This document shows positions 37,717 to 51,415 of a stretch of 64,000 nucleotides of DNA, piece after piece (the stretch's first letter is position 1; each line of letters opens with the position of its first letter). Where the stretch lies: NCBI GenBank assembly GCA_963776245.1, contig CAVZLN010000003.1, positions 576,001 through 640,000 of the forward strand. Direction: 5' to 3'. The position numbers were made by a program, and so were the translations under genes. The DNA is from Candidatus Eiseniibacteriota bacterium. Its GTDB lineage: Bacteria > Eisenbacteria > RBG-16-71-46. The notes below the pieces were generated by a model. It made no database searches. It saw only the letters and a list, made by a program, of their open reading frames with translations, and was not told where the DNA came from.

Positions 37717-39417
37717 ATGACCGATACCCGCCCGACGCCGCGCTGGCTGCCCCTGCTGGTCGTCGCGGCGCTGCTCGCGCTCGCCGCGCTGTCGCATGGG
37801 CCCGAGCACGTGCTCCAGCTGGCGCGGTCCTCGGGCTGGCGCGGCCACGGCATGCGCGAGCTGCCCGCGGCCGCCGGCTGGTCGGTGTTCCGCATGGCCT
37901 CCTCGATGGTGGTGTCGCTGGTGTTCGCCTGGATCGTGGGCTACCGGGCGGCCATGGACCCGCGCGCCGCGCGCGTGCTGCTGCCGCTGCTCGACGTCGG
38001 ACAGTCGGTGCCGGTGCTGGGGTTCTTCCCGGCCGCCATCTTCGTGTTCATCTCGCTGTTCGGCGGCGGCCGCGCGGCGCTCGAGATGGCGTCCATCTTC
38101 CTCATCTTCACCAGCCAGGCCTGGAACATGGCGTTCGCGGTGTACGAGGGGCTCTCGACCATCCCCCACGAGACCCGTGCCGCGGTCGACAGCCTCGGGG
38201 TGCGCGGCGTGCTGAGACTGCGCTCGCTGCTCATGCCCGCGTGCGTCTCGCCGCTGCTCTTCAACACCATCCTGTCGTGGACCAATGGCTGGTACTTCCT
38301 CATCGCCTGCGAGATCATCGTCGCGGGCCGCGCCCAGTACGAGCTGCCGGGGCTCGGCAGCATGCTCTCACGCTCGCTCGCCAGCGGTGACATCCGGCTG
38401 GCGGTGGCGGCGCTGCTCACCCTCGTCCTCATCGTGGTGGTGCTCGAGACGCTGGTGTGGCGTCCGCTGCGCGCCTGGGCCGCGCGCTTCCGTTACGAGG
38501 GGATGCGTTCCGCGGGCGAGGAGGAGACCGCTCCGGTGCTGGTGAGCGTCGGCCTGCCCCTGCTGGTGCGCCCGCTCCGCATGCTCGCGGCGTGGGTGTG
38601 GCGGCGCGTGCCCGTGCCGCGCGTGAACGCCTGGCTGCCGGCGGCCGGGCGGGCCGCCGGCAGCGCCTGGAGATGGCTGCGCTGGCCGCTCGGGCTCGCG
38701 CTCGCGGTCGGCAGCGTGCTGGCCACGATCGCCACCGTGCGAGCGCTCGCTCCCCCGTGGCCGCCGGAAGCGGCGAGCGTCCCCCTGGCGCTGCTGTTCT
38801 CGTTCCTGCGCATCAACGCGGCCTACGTGCTCGCACTGATGTGGATCCTCCCGGTGGTGCTGTGGGCCAGCGACCACCCGCGCGGGGCGCGCAGCCTGTC
38901 GATGCTGGCGCAGGTGGGCGCGTCCATCCCCGCCACGGCGTTCTTCCCGCTGCTGGTGGCGCTGTTCGTCCAGCGCTTCGGCGGCATGGAGCTCATCTCG
39001 GTCGCGCTGGCGCTCACGGGCATGCAGTGGTATCTGCTCTTCAACCTGCTCGCCGGCGTGCAGCGCGTGCCCGGGGACCTGCGCGAGTCCATGCGCGCCC
39101 TCGGCCTCTCGCGCTGGGAGATCCACCGGCGGCTGGTGCTGCCGGCGTGCATGCCGTCGCTGGTCACCGGCAGCGTGGTGGCCTGGGGCGGCACCTGGAA
39201 CGCACTCATCCTCTCGGAGTACGTCGTCTACAAGGAGCACACGTACTCCGTGCTGGGGGTGGGCGCGCTGCTGAACCGGGCGACCTTCGTGACCGGCAGC
39301 CGCTCGCTGCTGTTCCTGTCGCTCGCGGCGCTGGTCGTCACGGTGGTGTCTTTCAACCACTTCGTCTGGCGCCGGCTGTACGACCACGTCACCGTCCGTT
39401 ACCGGCTGGAGGGCTGA
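37717..39417 (+). CDS. NitT/TauT-family ABC permease with two fused TMD domains
   Basis: LDVGQSVPVLGF, IFTSQAWNM, LPGLGS; second domain QWYLLFN, GGTWNA. Confidence 0.88.
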   Translation: MTDTRPTPRWLPLLVVAALLALAALSHGPEHVLQLARSSGWRGHGMRELPAAAGWSVFRMASSMVVSLVFAWIVGYRAAMDPRAARVLLPLLDVGQSVPVLGFFPAAIFVFISLFGGGRAALEMASIFLIFTSQAWNMAFAVYEGLSTIPHETRAAVDSLGVRGVLRLRSLLMPACVSPLLFNTILSWTNGWYFLIACEIIVAGRAQYELPGLGSMLSRSLASGDIRLAVAALLTLVLIVVVLETLVWRPLRAWAARFRYEGMRSAGEEETAPVLVSVGLPLLVRPLRMLAAWVWRRVPVPRVNAWLPAAGRAAGSAWRWLRWPLGLALAVGSVLATIATVRALAPPWPPEAASVPLALLFSFLRINAAYVLALMWILPVVLWASDHPRGARSLSMLAQVGASIPATAFFPLLVALFVQRFGGMELISVALALTGMQWYLLFNLLAGVQRVPGDLRESMRALGLSRWEIHRRLVLPACMPSLVTGSVVAWGGTWNALILSEYVVYKEHTYSVLGVGALLNRATFVTGSRSLLFLSLAALVVTVVSFNHFVWRRLYDHVTVRYRLEG

Positions 39418-39420
39418 GCG

Positions 39421-40164
39421 GTGCTCGAGCTCAGGCACGTCACGCGCACGTTCGTCGACCGGGGCCGGGAGATCCCGGCGGTCGAGGACGTGAGCCTGCA
39501 GGTGCCCGACCGCCAGTTCCTGTGCATCGTGGGGCCCTCGGGGAGCGGGAAGTCCACCCTGTTGCGCCTGATGATGGGCCTCCTCCCGGCGACGCGCGGC
39601 GACGTGCTCTACGCGGGCAAGGTGCTGGCGGGGGTGAATCTGCACGCGGCGATGGTGTTCCAGTCGTTCGCGCTGCTCCCGTGGCTGACCGTGCAGGGCA
39701 ACGTCGAGCTCGGCCTCAAGGCCCGCGACCTGCCCGAGGACGCGGTGCGGCGCCGCGCCGCGCATTACCTCGACAAGGTCGGGCTCGACGGCTACGAGGA
39801 GGCGTACCCGCGGGAACTCTCGGGCGGCATGAAGCAGCGCGCCGGGCTGGCGCGCGCGCTCGCCGTCGAGCCCGACCTGTTGTTCATGGACGAGCCCTTC
39901 GCCGGACTCGACGCCCTGACCTCCGCCAACCTGCGCGAGGAGGTGCTCACGCTGTGGGCCGACCAGGCGCTGCCGGTGAACACCGTGGTGATGGTGACGC
40001 ACATCATCGAGGAGGCGGTGCTGATGGCCGACCGCGTCGTCGTGCTCACCCCCCACCCGGGTCGCATCGCCGCCGACGTGAGCATCCCGCTCGAGCGCCC
40101 GCGCAACAAGCGCGACCCGGGATTCGACCAGGTGGTGGACTCGATCTTCGAGAAGATCGTCTGA
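39421..40164 (+). CDS. NitT/TauT-family ABC ATPase
   Basis: [34 protein letters not shown]. Confidence 0.93.
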   Translation: MLELRHVTRTFVDRGREIPAVEDVSLQVPDRQFLCIVGPSGSGKSTLLRLMMGLLPATRGDVLYAGKVLAGVNLHAAMVFQSFALLPWLTVQGNVELGLKARDLPEDAVRRRAAHYLDKVGLDGYEEAYPRELSGGMKQRAGLARALAVEPDLLFMDEPFAGLDALTSANLREEVLTLWADQALPVNTVVMVTHIIEEAVLMADRVVVLTPHPGRIAADVSIPLERPRNKRDPGFDQVVDSIFEKIV

Positions 40165-40174
40165 GCGCGCCGCG

Positions 40175-41068
40175 ATGACGCTCTCCCGCGATGTGGGCGC
40201 CGTGGCGGTCGAGCGGCTCGGCCCCGCCGACCTCGTCGAGTCGTTCGGATTCCTGGACCAGGATCCGGTGCTGAACGTGTACGTGCTGGCCCTGCTGCTC
40301 CGCGACGGCCTGCGCACCTCGCGCGACGAGTACTGGGCGGCGCGCCGCGCCGGGAACCTCGTCGCCCTGCTCCACCTCGGCGGGCAGACCGGCGCGGTGC
40401 TGCCGGTGGGCGACGACGGCCCGGCCCTGGCCGCGCTGGCCGAGCGCCTCGTGGACCGCCGCTCGTTCGTGCCGCGGCGATTCCAGGTCATCGGTCCCCG
40501 CGAGGCCGTGGCCCGTTTCGCCGACCGGCTGCGGCGCGCCGGCATGGCCCCGCGACTCCACCGGAGCCAGCTCTACATGTCGCTGCAACCTCGCGATCTC
40601 CCTTCCTTCGCGCGCCTCCCCGAGCTGCGCGAGGCGCGGCCCGAGGACTACTCGATGGTGTACGACAGCGGCGCCGCGCTGCGGGCCGAGGAGCTCGAGG
40701 AGGATCCCCGCGAGGCCGACCCGCTGGGGTACACGCGACGGGTCGAGGAGGAATGCCGGGATGGTTACACGCGGGTCTGGATCGACGAGGCCGGGCTGTG
40801 CTTCCGCGCCAGCGTGAGCGCCCGCACCGCCGACGCGGCGCAGATCTCGGGGGTCTACGTTCCCCCGCAGCGGCGCGGCGCCGGCCTGGCGCGGCGCGGG
40901 ATGTCCGAGCTGTGCGCGCGCCTGCTCGAGCATTCGCGCGCCGCGTGCCTGTTCGTGAACGACTTCAACGCGCCGGCCATCGCGGTGTACCGGCGCATCG
41001 GGTTCCGGGACCACGCGGACTGGGCTTCGGCGTTCTACGGCCCCGCGGCCCCGGCAGGCGGGGCTTGA
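40175..41068 (+). CDS. GNAT family acetyltransferase
   Basis: GVYVPPQRRGAGLA acetyl-CoA motif, NAPAIAVYRRIGF. Confidence 0.88.
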   Translation: MTLSRDVGAVAVERLGPADLVESFGFLDQDPVLNVYVLALLLRDGLRTSRDEYWAARRAGNLVALLHLGGQTGAVLPVGDDGPALAALAERLVDRRSFVPRRFQVIGPREAVARFADRLRRAGMAPRLHRSQLYMSLQPRDLPSFARLPELREARPEDYSMVYDSGAALRAEELEEDPREADPLGYTRRVEEECRDGYTRVWIDEAGLCFRASVSARTADAAQISGVYVPPQRRGAGLARRGMSELCARLLEHSRAACLFVNDFNAPAIAVYRRIGFRDHADWASAFYGPAAPAGGA

Positions 41069-41142
41069 CCCGCGCGCCGGGCTTCTGCGACGGTCGCGGC
41101 CGCGCAGTTCCTCGATCGCTCCATCCGAGACGGAGGCTTCAC

Positions 41143-41784
41143 ATGCGGATCCTGGGAGTGGCCACGGTGGCCGCCGCGGTGCTGCTCGGCGCGGCGCTCG
41201 AAGCGCGCGCGCAGGTGTTCGGCCAGCACATCGGCGCCGAGGTCGTGCCCGTGAACGGCCACCTGTTCGGCGGCTACATCGACGCGAGCGACAACCTGGT
41301 GGGGCTCGCCGCGCAATTGCGCCTGAGCTTCTACCCCAACGTGGACTTCGGATTCCACGGCGGCCTCGGCCGCGTCTCGTATCCCCGGCATTCCGATCGC
41401 GCCGTGCTGAGCCTTGGGACCGACTTCCGATTCGCGGTCGCCAAGGCGGGCGAGCGCTCCTCGTTCGACATGGCGGTCGGCGGCGCTCTCGGCGTGGAGT
41501 CCGGCGACCAGCACCAGGCCATCTCGCTCGGACCCACCCTGGTCGCGAGCCGGGCCTTCGGCACCCCAGCACGGGGCGCGGCGCCGTTCGTCGGCGTCGG
41601 GCTTCGATTCTCGAACTCCGAGGTGAACGACCTGCGCTCGAACAGCCTCACGGTGCCGGTGCGCGGCGGGGTCGAGTGGCGCGTCGCGGCCGATGTGCGC
41701 ATCACCGCCGAGCTCCAGTCGCGCCTCGGTCACGATCTCCACGACGCCTTCGCGTTCTCGATGGGAGTCAATCTGCCATTCTGA
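41143..41784 (+). CDS. Hypothetical outer-membrane beta-barrel protein
   Basis: GGAGG RBS, signal peptide, alternating beta strands, C-terminal Phe. Confidence 0.7.
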   Translation: MRILGVATVAAAVLLGAALEARAQVFGQHIGAEVVPVNGHLFGGYIDASDNLVGLAAQLRLSFYPNVDFGFHGGLGRVSYPRHSDRAVLSLGTDFRFAVAKAGERSSFDMAVGGALGVESGDQHQAISLGPTLVASRAFGTPARGAAPFVGVGLRFSNSEVNDLRSNSLTVPVRGGVEWRVAADVRITAELQSRLGHDLHDAFAFSMGVNLPF

Positions 41785-42313
41785 GGTCCGGCCGACCGGA
41801 GATCGTCAGTCCACACCGGTGAATGGCGGTCGACGCGACCCTGAACACGCGGGCAGGCGCCACTGGTGGGCTTCAATCCATTGCAGTTATTTGTGTTGGG
41901 CGGTTACCACGAGTCCCAGAATCGGGCTTGTCAGCCCTGCAGGCCGGTGCTAGCCTACCGCTCCCCCGCAGACGGCCGCCCCTGGCGGTCCGCCCGGCGG
42001 GGCCAAGGCCGACCAACCAAAGACTTTTGTCGCAACGTTTTAAGTCTGACTCGCGAAGCCGCGCGCGGGCCTCGGACCGTGTGTCGCTTCGATCTGCGGG
42101 GCGGTTTGTGGAAACGGTGTGGAAGGAAGGAGCTTAGACGCGGGCCAAGCCATTGTCTGATATGGCCTTGTACCCGACCACACGGATGTTGATAAGTCGC
42201 CTCTCGGATATCCACACTCGTCTCCCCCACAAGGCCACCGACTGCAGCCGAAAGGTCCTTCGCGGTCGCACCTCGTGTGGAACAGCAGCGACCTTTCAGC
42301 AAGGACCGTTGAA
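41785..42313. other. oriC part 1 / dnaA promoter region with DnaA boxes
   Basis: Lower-GC intergenic region. DnaA-box-like 9-mers: GTTTCCACA (- 42107-42115), CCTTCCACA (- 42118-42126), TTATCAACA (- 42187-42195), ATATCCACA (+ 42208-42216), TGTTCCACA (- 42276-42284). Confidence 0.75.
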
Positions 42314-43696
42314 ATGGCCGTCCACCCCGTGCAGTCGGACGAGTCCACCAGGGTCTGGGAGCAAGTCCTCCTGTCCATGCGCGACAGGCTCGGAAGCCCT
42401 CAGGCATTCGAGACGTGGTTCAGGCCCATCGTGCCGCTCGAGATTGGCCCCGGATCGGTGGAACTCGAAGTCCCCAACGCCTTCTTCGTGGACTGGATCC
42501 ACGAACACCATCTACCCGTGCTGCGCCAGTGCCTGGCCGAGGCCCTCGGCGCGATACCCGAGATCCGCTTCACTCCGCGCGACCCGGCCGGCCGCGCGGA
42601 GCCGGCACCGGCGGGGCGGATCCCCGCCGCGCCGGTGCCGGCCGCCCGTCCGGCCCGGGCCTGGCTGGAGAGCCAGCTCAACCCCCGGCTCACCTTCGAC
42701 AGCTTCGTGGTCGGGAGCAGCAACCGCTTCACCCACGCCGCGTGTCTCGCGGTCGCGGGGGCCCCGGGGCAGGTCTACAACCCGCTGTTCATCTTCGGCG
42801 GCTCGGGTCTGGGCAAGACGCATCTGCTGCACGCCGTCGGCCACGCGGTGCGCCAGAAGCGGAGCGAGTCGCGCGTGTACTACGTGCCGGCGGAACGCTT
42901 CACGAACGAGATGATCTACGCGATCCAGCACGCCCAGACGCTGGCGTTCCGCAACAAGTACCGGAACGTGGACGTGCTGCTGATCGACGACATCCAGTTC
43001 CTGGCCGGGAAGGAGAGCACCCAGGAGGAGTTCTTCTACACCTTCAATGCGCTGCGGGACGCGCACAAGCAGGTCGTGGTCACGGCGGACAAGCCCCCCA
43101 AGGACATCCCGATGCTCGAGGAGCGGCTCACGTCGCGGTTCAACCAGGGCCTCGTGACCGACATCCAGCAGCCCGATCTCGAGACGCGGATCGCGATCCT
43201 GCGCAATCGCAGCGCGCAGGAGGGCGGCGGGGTGCGGCTGCCCGACGACGTCCTGCTGCTGATCGCGGACCGGATCCGGAACAACGTCCGCGACCTGGAG
43301 GGCTGTCTGGTGCGGCTCATCGCCGTGGCCTCGCTGACGCACCGCGAGATCACGACCGAGCTCGCCGACGAGGTGCTGCACCACTACGTCAATCCCGAGG
43401 CGGACCAACTCACGCCCGAGCGCATCCTCACCGCGGTCGCGGAGCGGTTCGGAGTGCGGGTGGACGTGATCTGCGGGGCGCGCCGCACGCGCACGGTGGC
43501 CCTGCCTCGGCAGGTCGCGATGTACCTGCTGCGCCAGCTCACCGAGCTCTCGCTGGTGGAGATCGGGCGCGTCTTCGGCGGTCGCGATCACACCACGGTG
43601 ATGTACGCGTGCGATCGTGTCGCCGAACTGGTCGCCCGTGATGACGGGTTCTCCGAACGCATCAACGGGCTCATCTCCGCACTCGCGTCCGGATAG
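42314..43696 (+). CDS. dnaA: Chromosomal replication initiator DnaA
   Basis: YNPLFIFGGSGLGKTHL, LLIDDIQFL, GGRDHTTV. Confidence 0.98.
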   Translation: MAVHPVQSDESTRVWEQVLLSMRDRLGSPQAFETWFRPIVPLEIGPGSVELEVPNAFFVDWIHEHHLPVLRQCLAEALGAIPEIRFTPRDPAGRAEPAPAGRIPAAPVPAARPARAWLESQLNPRLTFDSFVVGSSNRFTHAACLAVAGAPGQVYNPLFIFGGSGLGKTHLLHAVGHAVRQKRSESRVYYVPAERFTNEMIYAIQHAQTLAFRNKYRNVDVLLIDDIQFLAGKESTQEEFFYTFNALRDAHKQVVVTADKPPKDIPMLEERLTSRFNQGLVTDIQQPDLETRIAILRNRSAQEGGGVRLPDDVLLLIADRIRNNVRDLEGCLVRLIAVASLTHREITTELADEVLHHYVNPEADQLTPERILTAVAERFGVRVDVICGARRTRTVALPRQVAMYLLRQLTELSLVEIGRVFGGRDHTTVMYACDRVAELVARDDGFSERINGLISALASG

Positions 43697-44059
43697 TTGG
43701 TGGAGAGGCGGTGGAACGATGGGGAGAACGGAGGTGCTCCGATCCCGATTGTGGCCGGGATGTCGAGAACGCCCGATTTCTCCCCAGTCCGCTCCCACGG
43801 CTCATCCCCTTGTTCGCGAGCCTCTTGCAGGGAGTCGGACGAGGTTCTCAACGGGGCTCACCGTCCCTACGGTGACTAGGTTCTTTCTTATTGCAAAACA
43901 AGGGATTAGAACGCCGTGAATCGGTCTTGAAGTCACTTGCGCGTGGAGGGGTGCGCGCCTAATATGCCGGGCGATGCCACGAGTGCCCTCGTCATGAGTC
44001 CTCCGGCCGCCGGAACCGTAAACAGGACTTCGACTTCCCCCCAGTCAGGGAGCGATCAG
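43697..44059. other. oriC part 2 with candidate DNA-unwinding element
   Basis: Degenerate boxes (TTCTCCCCA on both strands, TTCTCAACG 43845), then GTCC-CTACGGTGACTAG and AT-rich TTCTTTCTTATTGCAAAACAA (43881-43901). Confidence 0.65.
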
Positions 44060-45207
44060 ATGGATCTGACCATCCAGCAGGGCGACCTGGCCTTCGGTGT
44101 GGCCCGCGCGCTGGGTTCGGTTTCGACCAAGAGCCCCCTTCCGCTGCTGAGCTGCATCCTGCTCGAAGCCGAGAAGGGCGGACTGCGCATCACCGGGACC
44201 GACCTCGACGTGACCACGTCCGTGGTGGTGCCCTGCAGCGTCGCGTCGACCGGCAGGATCGCGGTGCAGGCGCGTCATTTCAACGATGTGGTGCGCAAGA
44301 TGCCGCGGGGAGCGCTCACGCTGGCGATCACCAGCGGCCAGTGCGAGATCCGCTACGGCGACGGCAAGGGCTGGTCGAGATTCCCGACCCAGGACCCCGC
44401 CGACTTCCCTCGCATCCCGGAACTCAAGGGCGAGGGCAAGGTGACGCTCGCCGGGGACGTGCTCTCCCGGCTCATCGCGCACAGCGTGTACGCCACCTCG
44501 ACGGAGGAGACCCGACCGCAGCTCAACGGCGTGTTGGTGCACGGCACTGACAAACAGGTCGCGTTCGTGGCGACCGACGGCCATCGCCTCGCGAAGGCGA
44601 CCCGCAAGGGCAGCTTCGCCGACCTCTCGAAGGACGGTGTCATCGTGCCGAGCCGCGCATTGCTCGCGGTGAGCCGTGTCGCCGAGGAAGCGACCAGCCC
44701 GGTCGAGATCGAGGTGGCCGGCTCGAAGAACCAGGCGGGCTTCACGGCCCAGGTGGGCGAGTACCGCGTGCAGATCCTGACGCGGCTGCTCGAAGGGCCG
44801 TACCCGAACTACGAGCAGGTGATCCCGAGCGACAATCCGAAGGAGCTCAAGGTGCGACGCGCGGACCTCATGGAGGCGGTGGACATCGTCTCGTCGCACG
44901 CGGACAACATCACGCAGCAGGTCCGCTTCTCGCTGCGCGACGGCAAGCTCGGCTGTCGTCGGCCACCGAGTTCGGCGCCGGCGAGCAGCCGATCGAGGCC
45001 GACTACGCCGGCGACGATATGGAGATCGGGTACAACGCGACCTACCTGCTGGACCTGCTCAAGTCGCTGGCGACGGAGCAGGTGATGTTCCGGCTCAAGA
45101 CCGCGCTCTCGGCCGGCGTGGTCGAACCCGTGGGCGCGCTGCCGCAGGCGGACGAGGAACTGCTCTGTCTCATCATGCCGTTGCGACTCCCGGACGCGGC
45201 GGGCTGA
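44060..45207 (+). CDS. dnaN: DNA polymerase III beta clamp (apparent frameshift near 44955, likely sequencing error)
   Basis: GTDLDV, ATDGHRL, RLLEGPYPNY; continues in another frame with EIGYNATYL...LIMPLR. Confidence 0.95.
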
Positions 45208-45209
45208 GC

Positions 45210-45484
45210 ATGGAAGCGGTCTCCGACGCGCTCTCCCGCTTGTTGCGAGGGCTCGGATTGGAGCGGCAGCTGCTGGGCTGGCGGGCGGTCCAGGAGTGGC
45301 CGGGCTGGGTGGGGCCACGCATCGCCGGCCACTCGCGCGCCGTCGATTTCCGCGACGGCACGCTGTTCGTCGAGGTCGAGGGATCGGCCTGGATGCACGA
45401 ACTCGGGTTCCTGAAGCGCGAGATCGTGCGCGGGTGAACCAGCACCTCGGCGCCGAATGTCGTGACGCGATGTGCGCCTCATGA
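45210..45484 (+). CDS. dciA: DUF721/DciA helicase-loading factor (3' end affected by indels)
   Basis: [30 protein letters not shown]; position between dnaN and gyrB. Confidence 0.8.
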
Positions 45485-45506
45485 TTCCCCGCGGAGGGAG
45501 CCTGCG

Positions 45507-48039
<2,533 letters not shown>

Positions 48040-48157
48040 GCCGCGTCGCGGCACGAGCCGCGCGGACCGGATTCTCGGGCGCGGACCGGTGGTCCGCGCT
48101 GCGGACCCAATGGCGAGCCGCGCCCGGCGACGGGCGGGGTGAAGGAGGACGGTGACG

Positions 48158-50670
48158 ATGGCACTGAACGACCGCTCGAAGATCGTCGAGATGAACATCG
48201 AAGACGAGATGAAGACCAGCTACATCAATTACTCGATGTCGGTCATCGTCTCGCGCGCGCTTCCCGACGTCCGCGACGGACTCAAGCCCTCGCAGCGCCG
48301 CATCCTGGTCGCCATGAACGACCTGAACCTGGCGCCGGGCCGCGGCTACCGCAAGTGCGCCAAGATCGCGGGCGACACGTCGGGCAACTACCACCCGCAC
48401 GGCGAGCAGGTCGTCTACCCGACGCTCGTGCGCCTGGCCCAGGACTGGGTGATGCGCTACCCGCTCGTGGACGGGCAGGGCAACTTCGGCTCGATCGACG
48501 GCGACGCGCCCGCGGCCATGCGCTACACCGAGGCCCGCCTGACGCCGCTCGCGATGGAGATGCTCGCCGACCTCGAGAAGAACACCGTCGACTTCCGCCC
48601 CAACTACGACGAGACGCGCGAGGAGCCGACGGTGCTCGCGGGCTGGTGCCGAACCTGCTCGTCAACGGCTGCTCGGGCATCGCCGTCGGCATGGCCACCG
48701 AGGTGCCGCCGCACAACCTGCGCGAGATCTGCGACGCGATCGCGACGTCATCGACCAGCCCGACTGCGACTCGGCCGACGTCGCTCGAGATCGTCCTGGG
48801 CCCCGACTTCCCGACCGGCGGCATCATCTACGGCACGCAGGGCATCCGCGACTGCTACCTGACCGGCCGCGGCCTCATGAAGATGCGCGCCCAGGTCCAG
48901 GTCGAGGAGGGCAAGGCCGGCCGCATGAGCCTGGTGGCCACCGAGATCCCGTTCCAGGTCAACAAGTCGGCGCTGCTCGAGAAGATCGCCGACCTGGTGC
49001 GCGAGGGCAAGGTCACCGGCATCAGCGACCTGCGCGACGAGTCCGACCGCGACGGCATGCGCATCGTCATCGAGCTCAAGAAGGACGCCAACCCGAAGGT
49101 CGTGCTCAACCAGCTGTTCGTGCACACGCCGCTGCAGAGCACGTTCGGCGCGATCATGCTGGCGCTGGTGGACAACCGTCCGCAGGTGCTGACGCTGCGG
49201 GCGCTCATCGACCAGTACGTCGCGCACCGCCGCATCGTGGTCCGGCGCCGCACCGAGTTCGACCTCGCCGAGGCCGAGCGCCGCGCCCACATCCTCGAGG
49301 GCCTCAAGATCGCGCTCGACCACCTCGACGCGGTCATCGCGCTGATCCGCGCGTCGAAGGACGTCGAGGGCGCCCGCCAGGGCCTGATGTCCCAGTTCAA
49401 GCTCAGCGAGATCCAGGCCACCGCCATCCTCGAGATGCGCCTGCAGCGGCTCACCGCGCTCGAGCGCACGAAGATCGAGGCGGAGTACCTCGAGGTCATC
49501 AAGCTCATCGAGCTGCTGCGATCGATCCTGGCGAGCGAGAAGAAGATGCTCGGCATCATCCAGGACGAGGTCCGCCGCCTGAAGGAGCGCTTCGGCGACG
49601 AGCGGCGCACCCAGATCGTCACCGAGGAAGGCGAGATCGGCTACGAGGACACCATCGAGCAGAAGGACATGGTGATCACGATCTCGCACGCCGGCTACAT
49701 CAAGCGTCAGGAGATCACGGCCTATCGCTCCCAGCGGCGCGGGGGCAAGGGCGTGATCGGGGCGCGGACCAAGGACGAGGACTTCATCGAGCACCTGTTC
49801 GTCGCCAACACGCACGCCTACCTGCTGTTCCTCACCGATCGCGGGCGCTGCTACTGGCTCAAGGTGCACGAGGTCGAACAGGCCGGACGCATGGCGCGCG
49901 GGCGACCGCTGGTCAATCATCTCGAGGGCCTGAGCCGCGAGGAGCGCGTGCAGGCGGTGGTGGCGGTGAAGGCGTTCGACGACCAGCACTACCTGGTGTG
50001 CGCCACCAAGAAGGGCCTGATCAAGAAGACGGTGCTCTCGGCCTACGGCAATCCGCGCAAGGGCGGCATCAACGCGGTGCTGCTCGAGGAGGGCGACGGA
50101 CTCATCGAGGCCATCCTCACCGACGGCACGCAGGACATCATCCTCGCCAAGAAGCAGGGCCTCGCGATCCGCTTCCACGAGAGCGAGGTGCGCGCGATGG
50201 GCCGTACGGCGTACGGCGTGAAGGCGGTGACCCTGGATGACGGCGAGGACGAGGTCGTCAGCATGGTGAGCGTGAAGCGCCAGGCCACGCTGCTCGCGGT
50301 CACCGAGCACGGCTACGGCAAGCGCAGCGAGATCTCCGACTACCGCGTCTCGCACCGCGGCGGCAAGGGCATCATCACGATCAAGACCACCGATCGGAAC
50401 GGCGACATCGTGGCGGTGAAGGAGGTCGTCGACGGCGACGAGCTCATGATCATGACCAAGGCGGGCCAGCTCATCCGCATGCCGGTGAAGGGCATCTCGG
50501 TGATGGGCCGCAACACGCAGGGCGTGCGGCTGGTGAACCTGCATCCCGAGGAAGGCCAACTGCTGCCCGACACCGTCGCCGGCGTCACGCGCGTGGTGTC
50601 GGAAGACGACGAGAGCGGCGGGGACGCGATCGCCGCTGAGCCAGAAGAAGGAGAGGCGGCCGAGACGTGA
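48158..50670 (+). CDS. gyrA: DNA gyrase subunit A (apparent frameshift near 48640)
   Basis: [24 protein letters not shown] (catalytic Tyr), GyrA box QRRGGKG, C-terminal pinwheel repeats. Confidence 0.97.
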
Positions 50671-50764
50671 GGCGGCGGCGGCGGACGATCCCGACCGGGC
50701 TCACCCGCCGCCGCACCCCACCCGAGGGGCGGGGTTCGCCGACCGGTACCGGGCGCATGACCCC

Positions 50765-51412
50765 ATGATGCGCATCTCCGATTCGACCGTCCGCCGACTG
50801 TCGCATTACTACCGCGTGCTCGAGGAGCTCGAGGCCCAGGGCAAACGGGTGGTGTCGTCCCACCGGCTCGCCGAGCCCGAGGGCATCACCTCGGCGCAGG
50901 TGCGCAAGGACCTCTCGTACTTCGGCTCGTTCGGGCGCCGCGGGCTCGGCTACGACGTCACGCACCTGCGCACCGAGATCCGCTCCATCCTGGGCCTCGA
51001 CCGGCGCTGGCGGGTCGCGCTGGTGGGCGCCGGCCACATCGGCGCCGCGCTCGCGAACTATCGCGGCTTCGAGCACCAGGGCTTCGACATCGTCGCGGTG
51101 TTCGACGCCGATCCCGCGCTCGCCGGCCAGACGCTGGCGGGGCAGGTGGTGCGTCCGGCCTCGGAACTGGTCCCCGGGGAGCCGGGCGAGCGCTACGACA
51201 TCGGCGTCATCGCCACCCCGATGTCGGCGGCCCAGGACGTGGCCGACGCGCTGGTGGCGGCCGGCGTGCGCGCCATCCTCAATTTCGCGCCGCGCAAGCT
51301 CCAGGCTCCCGAGCACATCGTGGTCAGCGGTGTGGACATGACCATGGAGCTCGAGGGCCTGTCGTTCGCGCTCTCGCGCGAACGTCCGCCGCGCCGTCGC
51401 GGACGCGGATAG
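50765..51412 (+). CDS. rex: Redox-sensing transcriptional repressor Rex
   Basis: TVRRLSHYYRVL, QVRKDLSYFGSFG, VGAGHIG, ILNFAP. Confidence 0.95.
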   Translation: MMRISDSTVRRLSHYYRVLEELEAQGKRVVSSHRLAEPEGITSAQVRKDLSYFGSFGRRGLGYDVTHLRTEIRSILGLDRRWRVALVGAGHIGAALANYRGFEHQGFDIVAVFDADPALAGQTLAGQVVRPASELVPGEPGERYDIGVIATPMSAAQDVADALVAAGVRAILNFAPRKLQAPEHIVVSGVDMTMELEGLSFALSRERPPRRRGRG

Positions 51413-51415
51413 CGA

